Under the pieces are notes generated by a model, which worked only from the letters and a program-made list of their open reading frames with translations, searched no databases and was not told where the DNA came from. The translations under genes were made by a program, and so were the position numbers. DNA of 64,000 bases, taken from IMG/VR virus record IMGVR_UViG_3300031949_000001, positions 91,305 to 155,304 of that record; one strand, given 5' to 3'. Below are positions 18,959-27,160 of this stretch, piece by piece (the first letter of the stretch is position 1; every line of letters starts with the position of its first letter). This stretch comes from a virus. Taxonomy: Duplodnaviria; Heunggongvirae; Uroviricota; Caudoviricetes.

Positions 18959-19882
18959 TTATGATTTTACGACTACGAATTCAAACTCCAGCTTTTCAGC
19001 CGGATCTACCATGTTGAAAAACTTGCCTGCGTCAATTGAATACTTGATGTATCCTATAGGTTTAGTGACTTGAACGCTAAGCTTATTTCCGTCCTGTGGA
19101 ATAACGGTTAGATCGCTTGAAATGGTAACTTCCAAGTTAGGAATTGTTCCTTCAGTAGCATGGTGTTTGAAAATAGTTCTACCGAACAAATCGATAGTGA
19201 ACTGATCGGTCGTGGCGATTAAAACGTTTGACCCGATTTTGATGACAGTGTCTCCAAATTCCGGTGCGAAGAAGTTCTCTTTTATGTGAGTTTTACTATC
19301 GAGGCGATATGTTATGTCATTTTTTTCATCTGTGTAATCGAGTCCATCAGAGAGTTTGACAAGGTTCGAATCGAGAATCATGTAATAAACCGAAAGAGGC
19401 TTCATTTTAACCATACCGAAAAGAGTCGTGATGAAGGTGACCTTTTGATTTTGGTTTGTGTTAATTGGTTCTTTGGTATCGTAGTCGATAAGAACATCAT
19501 TCTCATCACGAATTACATACTTTGCATTTTGGATGAGCGAGTAATCAACAACTAGATGACTGTCAGAGTAGAATCCGAATAATACGAAATCGTAACCCGA
19601 ATCAAGGATGCTCATCATCTTCTTGGTATCAATTGGTCTGAATGTGTCTTCGTTTTGAGTTGCTTGTGTAGGATCAACAGTAAAGTGAAATAAAGCAAGA
19701 GGTAATTCTGGTTTTGTTTCGGTCCGATTCCGACCAATACGAAGATTGAAATCCATGTGAGTATAGAACCCGACCTGTTGATCATAGTCTATCTTGTCAG
19801 CACGCATGTTTACGGTTTCCATTAAATCACGGAAAATGCTAGGTTTTGCGTCGCCTTCCTTTACAAAAATAAACGTCTTCAT
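18959..19882 (-). CDS. hypothetical protein in radical SAM operon
   Basis: 307 aa, TAATG-coupled to the upstream Cys-rich gene. Confidence 0.7.
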   Translation of the reverse strand: MKTFIFVKEGDAKPSIFRDLMETVNMRADKIDYDQQVGFYTHMDFNLRIGRNRTETKPELPLALFHFTVDPTQATQNEDTFRPIDTKKMMSILDSGYDFVLFGFYSDSHLVVDYSLIQNAKYVIRDENDVLIDYDTKEPINTNQNQKVTFITTLFGMVKMKPLSVYYMILDSNLVKLSDGLDYTDEKNDITYRLDSKTHIKENFFAPEFGDTVIKIGSNVLIATTDQFTIDLFGRTIFKHHATEGTIPNLEVTISSDLTVIPQDGNKLSVQVTKPIGYIKYSIDAGKFFNMVDPAEKLEFEFVVVKS

Positions 19883-20163
19883 TAAAGGGTTCCTCTAGTG
19901 CATGCGCAGTTACAGTTGCAGTTGCATGCTGTACTGTAATCGTCATAAAAGATGTGGGTATGGTCGATCAACTCATTCAACACGTCGAGCATTTGATTAA
20001 AGCTACTAGCGGTAGCATCATTTCCATCCACTCTATCTGCTGCGGGCGTTTGTTGCGGAGTGTATGTATTAACCGGAAAACCGGTTGTTGGATCAGCACC
20101 AGGAGGACTATCGGGTACTTTTGCGTTTGCCCCGGTTCTTGCCGGTCCTAATGTGTTCGACAT
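19882..20163 (-). CDS. putative radical SAM substrate/precursor with C-terminal (CX)n tail
   Basis: 93 aa ending STACNCNCNCACTRGTL; AGGA SD; upstream of four rSAM genes. Confidence 0.7.
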   Translation of the reverse strand: MSNTLGPARTGANAKVPDSPPGADPTTGFPVNTYTPQQTPAADRVDGNDATASSFNQMLDVLNELIDHTHIFYDDYSTACNCNCNCACTRGTL

Positions 20164-20172
20164 TTTTTATCC

Positions 20173-20646
20173 TTATGACGTTTGATCACTAATTTGATGC
20201 GAATGGGTTCGCACGAAATTGATCCCCTGATTTATTACATTGAAATCTGTGTTACTTAATTCACTACCCGGTGGACTTGTTGGAAGAACACCACCTGATA
20301 GTGGTGTAACGACAGTGACTGGACCAGGGGCACCTGTTATCGCAGTTGTAGACTTTGGGTTTGGTGTTCCGAAGGTACCACCACCATAAACTGGGAAGTT
20401 ACCAAAAGTGTCCACACCTCGCAAGTCTGGATAAGCGTGCGTGTGTAATCTATACGCATTGTAGATGCCTGCCAAAATTCGAAAGTGTACAGCCTCAATT
20501 ACATGACCAGCCACCACAACAGCTTTTAAAGTCAAAATCGCAGCCTTAAACCCAGCAATAGTCGCAGCCGCTGATCCACTTGGATATTGTGGTGGTGCTG
20601 CTGGAAATGTTATTGTTCCTGGAAGTGTTCTTTGTACTGTTGGCAT
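20173..20646 (-). CDS. HxH-motif protein related to the Cys-rich precursor
   Basis: Two copies of G-x7-F-x7-N-x4-H[ST]H-x3-D, which occurs once in 19882-20163. Confidence 0.7.
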   Translation of the reverse strand: MPTVQRTLPGTITFPAAPPQYPSGSAAATIAGFKAAILTLKAVVVAGHVIEAVHFRILAGIYNAYRLHTHAYPDLRGVDTFGNFPVYGGGTFGTPNPKSTTAITGAPGPVTVVTPLSGGVLPTSPPGSELSNTDFNVINQGINFVRTHSHQISDQTS

Positions 20647-20652
20647 ACTTCA

Positions 20653-20680
20653 ATTATCCACTTATTTCAACGGTTGTCAA
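20653..20680 (-). promoter_or_regulatory. sigma70-type promoter for the radical SAM operon, probably leaderless
   Basis: TTGACA-16-GATAAT, 6 nt before the ATG at 20646; no SD. Confidence 0.55.
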
Positions 20681-20688
20681 CATCTATC

Positions 20689-22251
20689 TTATGTGTAGAT
20701 TGCTGGATATACTTGTATCCAATCGGAACTGGTTGCGGCACCGCCGCCGATATGCGCTACAATCCAAATTTTACCAGTGACTGTGCCAATGTAAATGTTA
20801 CCTTGACCAAACGGTGTAATGTTGTCGCCTGTTGGACCTGGACCATTAGCATGGGTTCCCGTAAATGTATATGCTGCTGTCTGACCACCAGGAACCTGGA
20901 AGGTTGGAGTCACGAGAGGAGAAACTGCCTTTGAAATTTCAAGCAAAACGTAATTTCTCGTAGCCGCATCTTGTGCGAGAAGCGGATCGGTGACGCTTCG
21001 AATTAAGTTAGTTCCCATATCCATTGGGGCTGTGCCAGCACCAACGAAATTGAGTGAACCAGTCATTGTGTCGCCGATTATGTTTACGTATCTACCATCT
21101 GCGAATGATAATGTCATCGCATCTTGTGCCGCAAGCGGATCGGTGACATTAGTAATTCTGTGGCTTCCCATATCAAGGATGCCCGTCATTGGTGAATTTG
21201 CACCATCAATCTTGAGATATATGAGGTTTGCGGATGCGACGTTTAATCCACCAGTGCCATTAGCGAGATTACCATTAGCACCCGAACCAACTGGAATGGT
21301 GCTTGCTGTAACGGTAATGTTTGTGTCTGGACCACTGTTTGCAGAAGCAACAACCGTATATGCGATATTGGCGGCATTCAAAGAATTGTTATCAACGTAA
21401 ACTGTATCACCCACCGTAAACAAAGATTGATGATTTCCGGAAATCGTCCAAGCATTAGCAAGACCAATCGTAACTGCGACGATATTAAATGCAGTGTTCG
21501 CGAGATTTATGATGTTGTTTCCATTCATATTCAACGTTGTGTTCGCAACTGTCGTTTGAATAGGAACAAATGTGACACCATCCCAAACAGTTAGTATTGG
21601 TGGGACCGTAGAGTAATCAAAATAAACTTGACCGATAATTGGTGATGGTGGTTGCTGTGAGACTTCTACCTGTCCTGACGGAACTCCTTGAGCGACAGGG
21701 ACTGTAGGTGAATACACAGTTGATGTGATTTCGGTCTGATCTGTACCACTGTTCCAAAATGACGAAATTACTTGATATACACCATTATTTGCTGGAAAAG
21801 ATGAATCATTTCCAACAGCAAAATTCACGCCAGCGCTAAATGCCGTCGTTTGGTCTCCTGCAATATAGAGTTTGAGTGGTGCTAATGTAACTGCTAACAA
21901 ATTAAAGTTGAAAGAAATGACGTTACCTGGAGCTAGAGTCCAACCCGACGCCGTGAAAACCTTAAGTGTGCTTACTGCATAATCGAACCAAGTCTGACCA
22001 ATTGTTGGGAGCGTCGGTTCTATACCGTCACTTGCGAAATTTTCTAAGAGATGAACAAAGTTATCATCGATCATTTGCCCGTATCTAAGGGCACCTTGAC
22101 CAAAAAGGGTGAGGGATGTGTGGGCTTTTTCTGGATGAGGAGGTAGAACTAATAATTGATCCGGACCGTCGTGTTGCGCTGGCGCGATTGTGAAGGTCGT
22201 TTTTCCAGGCAACGTAGAGTCTGTGAATTGTATGGCGTATACTGAGGACAT
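20689..22251 (-). CDS. tail fibre-like protein
   Basis: YAIQFTD...TSLTLFGQG...LLENFA...GQTWFD module; DPLxAQDA repeats; GATAAATA at 22283-22290. Confidence 0.75.
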   Translation of the reverse strand: MSSVYAIQFTDSTLPGKTTFTIAPAQHDGPDQLLVLPPHPEKAHTSLTLFGQGALRYGQMIDDNFVHLLENFASDGIEPTLPTIGQTWFDYAVSTLKVFTASGWTLAPGNVISFNFNLLAVTLAPLKLYIAGDQTTAFSAGVNFAVGNDSSFPANNGVYQVISSFWNSGTDQTEITSTVYSPTVPVAQGVPSGQVEVSQQPPSPIIGQVYFDYSTVPPILTVWDGVTFVPIQTTVANTTLNMNGNNIINLANTAFNIVAVTIGLANAWTISGNHQSLFTVGDTVYVDNNSLNAANIAYTVVASANSGPDTNITVTASTIPVGSGANGNLANGTGGLNVASANLIYLKIDGANSPMTGILDMGSHRITNVTDPLAAQDAMTLSFADGRYVNIIGDTMTGSLNFVGAGTAPMDMGTNLIRSVTDPLLAQDAATRNYVLLEISKAVSPLVTPTFQVPGGQTAAYTFTGTHANGPGPTGDNITPFGQGNIYIGTVTGKIWIVAHIGGGAATSSDWIQVYPAIYT

Positions 22252-22299
22252 AACGGTTATTCTCCGAGAACTTATTTCTCAGTATTTATCTTCAGTCTA

Positions 22300-23034
22300 T
22301 CAAATATTTAACTCCTTGGCTTTAGTGTCCATCCATTTGACGATTTCGGGATTATTTTCAAATTTATATTCCCAAAACGGTTTCTTGATTAAATTGGTAA
22401 ACAATTCTTTCTCTTCAGTATCTAAACTTTGAAGATACCTTCCGAAGCGCCGACTCCGTAACAAAAGCCAAGGGGTGAATTTTCGCTCTCGAATGAACTG
22501 CATTACATCACCCGGTTGAAGCTGATCGAACACATCCTCTACCTTACAATCGAACGCCTCGGCGATTTGACTCAAGAATTTGACAGTCTTTTCTCCAAGT
22601 TCAATCGGAGAAGCCGTATGGTCAAGATATTCCATGAACAAAGCGTATATCTGATCGTTTGTCCAAAGCTGGGGTGGAATGTTTTTTTCTCGCATCATCT
22701 GAATAAAAATATCGATCTCGGTAATATGAACTCGTTGCGCGAAATCGGCGAAACGCATGAAGGAACGATAATAACGTTTCGAATTAACGAAATTGTGGAT
22801 GTCTACCGTCTTCTTGTAGGTTTTGAGCCATTTTTGGTAATACGTCCATGCGACCTGTCCCAGCGGAGTTTTGATTTCATCCTCCCGACGCATTAATTCG
22901 CACTTGTGTAGCAAAAATGGATCTTCTCGTAAAAACACCTTAAGGCAATAGGTGCATTGATATGTCGGGGTATCGTCAATTACTTGAGTTTTTTGAACTC
23001 TGCTTTTATTTTTGTAAGTTCGTCTTTCTCGCAT
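22300..23034 (-). CDS. zinc-finger-containing hypothetical protein
   Basis: YQCTYC...HKC near the N-terminus. Confidence 0.65.
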   Translation of the reverse strand: MRERRTYKNKSRVQKTQVIDDTPTYQCTYCLKVFLREDPFLLHKCELMRREDEIKTPLGQVAWTYYQKWLKTYKKTVDIHNFVNSKRYYRSFMRFADFAQRVHITEIDIFIQMMREKNIPPQLWTNDQIYALFMEYLDHTASPIELGEKTVKFLSQIAEAFDCKVEDVFDQLQPGDVMQFIRERKFTPWLLLRSRRFGRYLQSLDTEEKELFTNLIKKPFWEYKFENNPEIVKWMDTKAKELNI

Positions 23035-23459
23035 CCGAGGTCTCCCGCCATTTCAAGGATATCTGATTCCTTGAAAATTTTCAGTAGATCCACCGCTTGC
23101 CGGTGGCTTAGATAAGGATCGTTTCTCTTGATTACGTCAAGAGAGGTTGGCATCGTTGGCATCGACTTACCTTTTGCTTTTTGCCATGTGTACTTTTTGA
23201 ATGAACCGTTCGTACACACGGTCATCAGCATAAAGAGTAGCTCTTTATGCTTGGATAATTCAAATACAAATGGATTAACAACTTCATTTAGAAATGTGAT
23301 TTGACCAGGATTGGTTGTGCCTGATAACCAACGCATGATTATCAACGGCACGAATTCTTTTTTTTCCTGATCAGAAAGTTCTCGATAATAAGTTCTTTTC
23401 TTTTTGTTGATATTACCTAACAATTCAAATAAGTCCAGTGTTCGTTCCGTCATTTCCAA
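22980..23459 (-). CDS. clamp loader small subunit (T4 gp62-like)
   Basis: LFELLGNIN...FVPLIIMRWLS pattern, size, and proximity to the gp44-like gene. Confidence 0.6.
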   Translation of the reverse strand: MEMTERTLDLFELLGNINKKKRTYYRELSDQEKKEFVPLIIMRWLSGTTNPGQITFLNEVVNPFVFELSKHKELLFMLMTVCTNGSFKKYTWQKAKGKSMPTMPTSLDVIKRNDPYLSHRQAVDLLKIFKESDILEMAGDLGCEKDELTKIKAEFKKLK

Positions 23460-24411
23460 GTATCCAGGTTGCGTCGTGACTTACCTTAGTGTCGTATATA
23501 GAGAATTCCGTGATGACTTTACCGTCAATCTTAACCGAAGTAGATTCAACACGAAGTAGCAAATATTCAAGTAAAGTTTCTGTATCATGCTGGAATTTTT
23601 GCGCCCAACCCTTATACTCTCTGAATGTTACTATAAGTGTGATGGTTCCGTCATCATGTCTTTTGGAGGTATTTTGAGACAAATGAAGACTTCCAGCATA
23701 GAAAATTTTGACGAACTTTTCAAGCGCAGGCTTATCAGCTTCTGATAGTCTAACGGGAATATGTGCCTCAAAATAACAATCCTTGGGCATTTTTTCATAA
23801 TCACCGCTGGTTTGAGGAGCAGCAGGATGCCAAGGTACAGTTTCGATTTTAATTCTCGTTATCTCCCATCCACTACGTTGTATTTCTTGAGAGATTCGTT
23901 GCGCTTCTAAATAGGCACTTTTATTGTCTCCAAAATGCTTTGAAGAAGTCATAACGTCGGTCAGAACAACCATCGAATCGCGTTGTAAATCTAGAATGAT
24001 TGGCTTAACTCCAATATCCTTGCAAAGTGCCTCAAAAAAATCATAAGTCAACCAAGGACTGGCTTTAATAGTAACATGAATTTCGTAAGGTAATGGAAAT
24101 TGAGCTTTGTCTTCGTTCGCCTGAAGTTTCGCCCATTTCTCTGCCTTCCGTACAGTCATTGCTTCGATATCTTCATGAGTATATCCCAAATGATATGCAA
24201 TGGACAGCGCGCAGAGTATAGAATCGGAACACTCTTCTAGAATGTCTTCAGGCTCAGCAAAACGATGATTGGTGCCATAGGCGCTATCATATGGTAGGAT
24301 GACCTTAGCTAGCTCTCCAACCTCTTCAGTGAGCTTTAAACCCTTTTGGGCAAGAGTCTTCTTATCTCGAACCGAAAGGGTTTGAATATAATCAAGAAAT
24401 TCTTTTTTCAT
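23425..24411 (-). CDS. MazG-like NTP pyrophosphohydrolase fused to an unknown C-terminal domain
   Basis: KLTEEVGELA...EECSD; start reassigned to the ATG at 24411 (MKKEF) to avoid a long overlap. Confidence 0.7.
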   Translation of the reverse strand: MKKEFLDYIQTLSVRDKKTLAQKGLKLTEEVGELAKVILPYDSAYGTNHRFAEPEDILEECSDSILCALSIAYHLGYTHEDIEAMTVRKAEKWAKLQANEDKAQFPLPYEIHVTIKASPWLTYDFFEALCKDIGVKPIILDLQRDSMVVLTDVMTSSKHFGDNKSAYLEAQRISQEIQRSGWEITRIKIETVPWHPAAPQTSGDYEKMPKDCYFEAHIPVRLSEADKPALEKFVKIFYAGSLHLSQNTSKRHDDGTITLIVTFREYKGWAQKFQHDTETLLEYLLLRVESTSVKIDGKVITEFSIYDTKVSHDATWILGNDGTNTGLI

Positions 24412-24781
24412 CGGTCTCTTCTCCATCCTCTTCAATAAAGCTGGCTGGTCGCATTTTAGCTTCGCAAAATTTACAATCGACGTAATCGTGACCTTCATCA
24501 TCGATTTTAAATTTAAGTAAATCGAACGGATGAATACAATCTTTAACCATTTCTTGGCGCAATATCTCGATATCATCTTTGATTGGTATCATGGATGCGT
24601 AAATTTCGAGAATTTTATCTTCCAGAGGACGAAGCTGTCTGACCATTGCTTCCATATTATCGCGCTTACGCCCCCAGGATGTTTTCTCCGGGCGTGAGGC
24701 ATGATTGGCAACTAGCTCTAGGATGCGACGAATTTTAGCCTGATCGTCGCTTTCGTTCTCAGGTTTTTTCATTCTTGCCAT
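24392..24781 (-). CDS. hypothetical protein, coiled coil plus CxH/CxxC
   Basis: 129 aa; CIHP...CKFC. Confidence 0.65.
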   Translation of the reverse strand: MARMKKPENESDDQAKIRRILELVANHASRPEKTSWGRKRDNMEAMVRQLRPLEDKILEIYASMIPIKDDIEILRQEMVKDCIHPFDLLKFKIDDEGHDYVDCKFCEAKMRPASFIEEDGEETDEKRIS

Positions 24782-24937
24782 TTATTTTCCCACAAATAAT
24801 AATGCAATTGCTGCAACGCCATAAGCGCCCCATGTTATACAGAGCGCGTATTCATGCCGCCATAGATAAGTTATGCAGGCGCCAGCATCAAGGATGCCAA
24901 CACCCACAACCCACCAATTTATAGCTGCCCAATTCAT
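24782..24937 (-). CDS. small two-helix membrane protein (51 aa, not in ORF track)
   Basis: MNWAAINWWVVGVGILDAGACITYLWRHEYALCITWGAYGVAAIALLFVGK; ATGA overlap; fills the gap exactly. Confidence 0.6.
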   Translation of the reverse strand: MNWAAINWWVVGVGILDAGACITYLWRHEYALCITWGAYGVAAIALLFVGK

Positions 24938-25167
24938 TTCACTCGAACTTCGTTGGTCGTTTCAATCCAGAGTACAGCACCGCATTGGAGAGGCTTCTCT
25001 GGACGATAAACGATCTCACACACAATCTCATCATTAACGATGATTTGAGCGTTGTGTCCGCGTATGTTGCCCTTGCTAGTCTTAACGGAAATGACTGGTT
25101 CTTTCGTCCCATGCTTCCGATTCTTAGCTATGGCGTGTCTATTGACGTGTATTCTGGACAGTGGCAT
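24934..25167 (-). CDS. small hypothetical phage protein
   Basis: 77 aa, IHVNRH...PLQCGAVLWIET. Confidence 0.7.
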   Translation of the reverse strand: MPLSRIHVNRHAIAKNRKHGTKEPVISVKTSKGNIRGHNAQIIVNDEIVCEIVYRPEKPLQCGAVLWIETTNEVRVK

Positions 25168-27160
25168 TGAATTCTTTCCAAAGGTTGCTATAAGGTGAGA
25201 TCATCGCTTCGATGGATGGTTTTAGATTAGGTAGATATGGTTTAGAAAGGATCATAAAGTCGGTTGCTTTGATTGCTCTATGTTGGAGCAGTTCATTAAC
25301 GATGATCTTAAACAATTCTGAATTCCGTAGGATTGTATCTCTAGCCAATTGTTTTTGTTTTTCCACCAATCGATGGATTTTTTTATCAAATTCTTTGTAG
25401 TTTGATGGTGCCCATTCATCATTTTGAGGGTGTCTAACCTGTGCAGTAACACTACTAAATGCCATCTGTTTGTAATATCTTGAAGCGAATTCGGTTGCTG
25501 CTTTAATATCACGCCATGCTCCGGTTGTAGAGTTTATCTGTCCGAACACGAGTTCTTCGGCGACTCGCCCTCCCAATGCAATAGCTATACGATTCAGGAA
25601 AGCCTGTTTGTTAGTCGCTTCTTCTTCATCGTAAGAAGTGTATCCGCCTTTAAATGTCGCTAAATTAATCTTGATTTCTGCTGGTGGGCAGTTATTCAAT
25701 ACAGCAAACACCATCCCATGTCCAGCTTCGTGAACCGCAACCAATGTATTGAAGTCAATAGTATTACGCAGCCGCTGCGCTCGAATGTCTAATTGGATCG
25801 GTAAATTATGAAATACCTCAATTCCTTCGAACACGTAACTGCCGGTGAGAATACTCTTATCATCATCAATAGTCACAGAAATGCCATATTGATTATTTTC
25901 AACAGCCCAAATAGCTAAATCAACTAACGGAGAACTCAAAATCTGATGGATAGATGAAAAGACCGGTCGAGTACCTTGTGCTGGAAAGACTGAATTATTG
26001 TAAATTTCTTGATAGACTGATGGCTTTAAATCAAATTCGACGCCTATATTTTGAAGAAGCTTAGCCGTATACTTTTTTGCTGTTGATTCGATAATCAATT
26101 CATAACTTCTTTTGGCTAGAGAAGGATAGATTATGTGATTGTTTCCAAGCCGCGCGATCTGTTCTTTACGAAAACGCTCCAATAAAGCCGCTTTGATATC
26201 GATCACCGAAATCTTTTTGGTTAGATCATGAAAAACATCAGCATCGGTATCACAGTCTTCAATACCACCGACCATTCGATAAGCTTCATCCAGATTTCCG
26301 CAAACAAAAATCAGCAACTTGGAAAAGTCGATTTCATTAGAAATACGACTCTTAAGTGCTTCATGACATAAGAAATTAATTTTTTGAAGATCCCATGTCA
26401 TGATTTCGGGGACTGGCTCCTTGAGCTTGAGGAGTTTCTTGTAGTCTACGGCTTCCCAAGGCGAAAGTTTGAACTTACGAATTATGATTTTCTTTTTCTT
26501 TTTGCGTCTTTTTGGAGCTTTACCTTCCTCTTTTGCACTGGAAGAGGTTTCTGCTCCACTGCTCTCACCAAGCTCATCGTCATCGGAGGCAGCTTCGTCT
26601 GACGCTTGTTTCCAATCCTCGTCATACATGCTCTGTGTAAGTTCTCGCTCAATCTTTGAGTACAACGAATAGTCAGTGGAGAACTTACCATCACTTAGTA
26701 ACATCCAAACATCTTGAAAACGCTTCACATCCAATTCTTTTGAGTCACCCTTACTGTCTAGTTCGATGGTACGGAAGCGTTGAAATTCATCCAACAAAAG
26801 AATTCCAGGCTCACCTTCGTTGATAGCGGATGCTTGGAGAATAGAACAGATGGAATCTTGATAGAAGCCAGAACCGATGCTAAAACCATCCATTTGAATT
26901 TCGACAAACTTGTCTTGAAACTGAAGCTTTTTTACAAGGCTACGTACAAGGGCGGTTTTGCCGACGCCCGTTAGCCCCCAAAGATTGATGATAACTGGAT
27001 AACTCAATGCTTGTGGAAGGAGATACCATGTAGAAACCGAATCGATGACACGGTCAATAATCGCATCTAAACCGAAGAATTCAGTTTTTAGTTCATCTCT
27101 AATTACATAAAGCGCTTCTCGTCTTTGCTTGATAACATCTATGATTGTCGTATCAGTCAT
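25139..27160 (-). CDS. soluble AAA+ ATPase / M41 (FtsH-type) zinc protease fusion
   Basis: Walker A GLTGVGKT, Walker B LLLDE, HEAGH, ALGGRVAEEL, GAWRDIKAAT; no TM helices. Confidence 0.85.
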   Translation of the reverse strand: MTDTTIIDVIKQRREALYVIRDELKTEFFGLDAIIDRVIDSVSTWYLLPQALSYPVIINLWGLTGVGKTALVRSLVKKLQFQDKFVEIQMDGFSIGSGFYQDSICSILQASAINEGEPGILLLDEFQRFRTIELDSKGDSKELDVKRFQDVWMLLSDGKFSTDYSLYSKIERELTQSMYDEDWKQASDEAASDDDELGESSGAETSSSAKEEGKAPKRRKKKKKIIIRKFKLSPWEAVDYKKLLKLKEPVPEIMTWDLQKINFLCHEALKSRISNEIDFSKLLIFVCGNLDEAYRMVGGIEDCDTDADVFHDLTKKISVIDIKAALLERFRKEQIARLGNNHIIYPSLAKRSYELIIESTAKKYTAKLLQNIGVEFDLKPSVYQEIYNNSVFPAQGTRPVFSSIHQILSSPLVDLAIWAVENNQYGISVTIDDDKSILTGSYVFEGIEVFHNLPIQLDIRAQRLRNTIDFNTLVAVHEAGHGMVFAVLNNCPPAEIKINLATFKGGYTSYDEEEATNKQAFLNRIAIALGGRVAEELVFGQINSTTGAWRDIKAATEFASRYYKQMAFSSVTAQVRHPQNDEWAPSNYKEFDKKIHRLVEKQKQLARDTILRNSELFKIIVNELLQHRAIKATDFMILSKPYLPNLKPSIEAMISPYSNLWKEFNATVQNTRQ

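Noticed and set aside
20587-20934. Cys/Trp-rich + strand ORF (MWWCCWKCYC...) beside the rSAM cluster as an alternative precursor
   Set aside because: It is antisense to two real genes, its Cys/Trp arise from reverse-complemented ACA/GCA/CCA codons, it has a non-ATG start and no SD.
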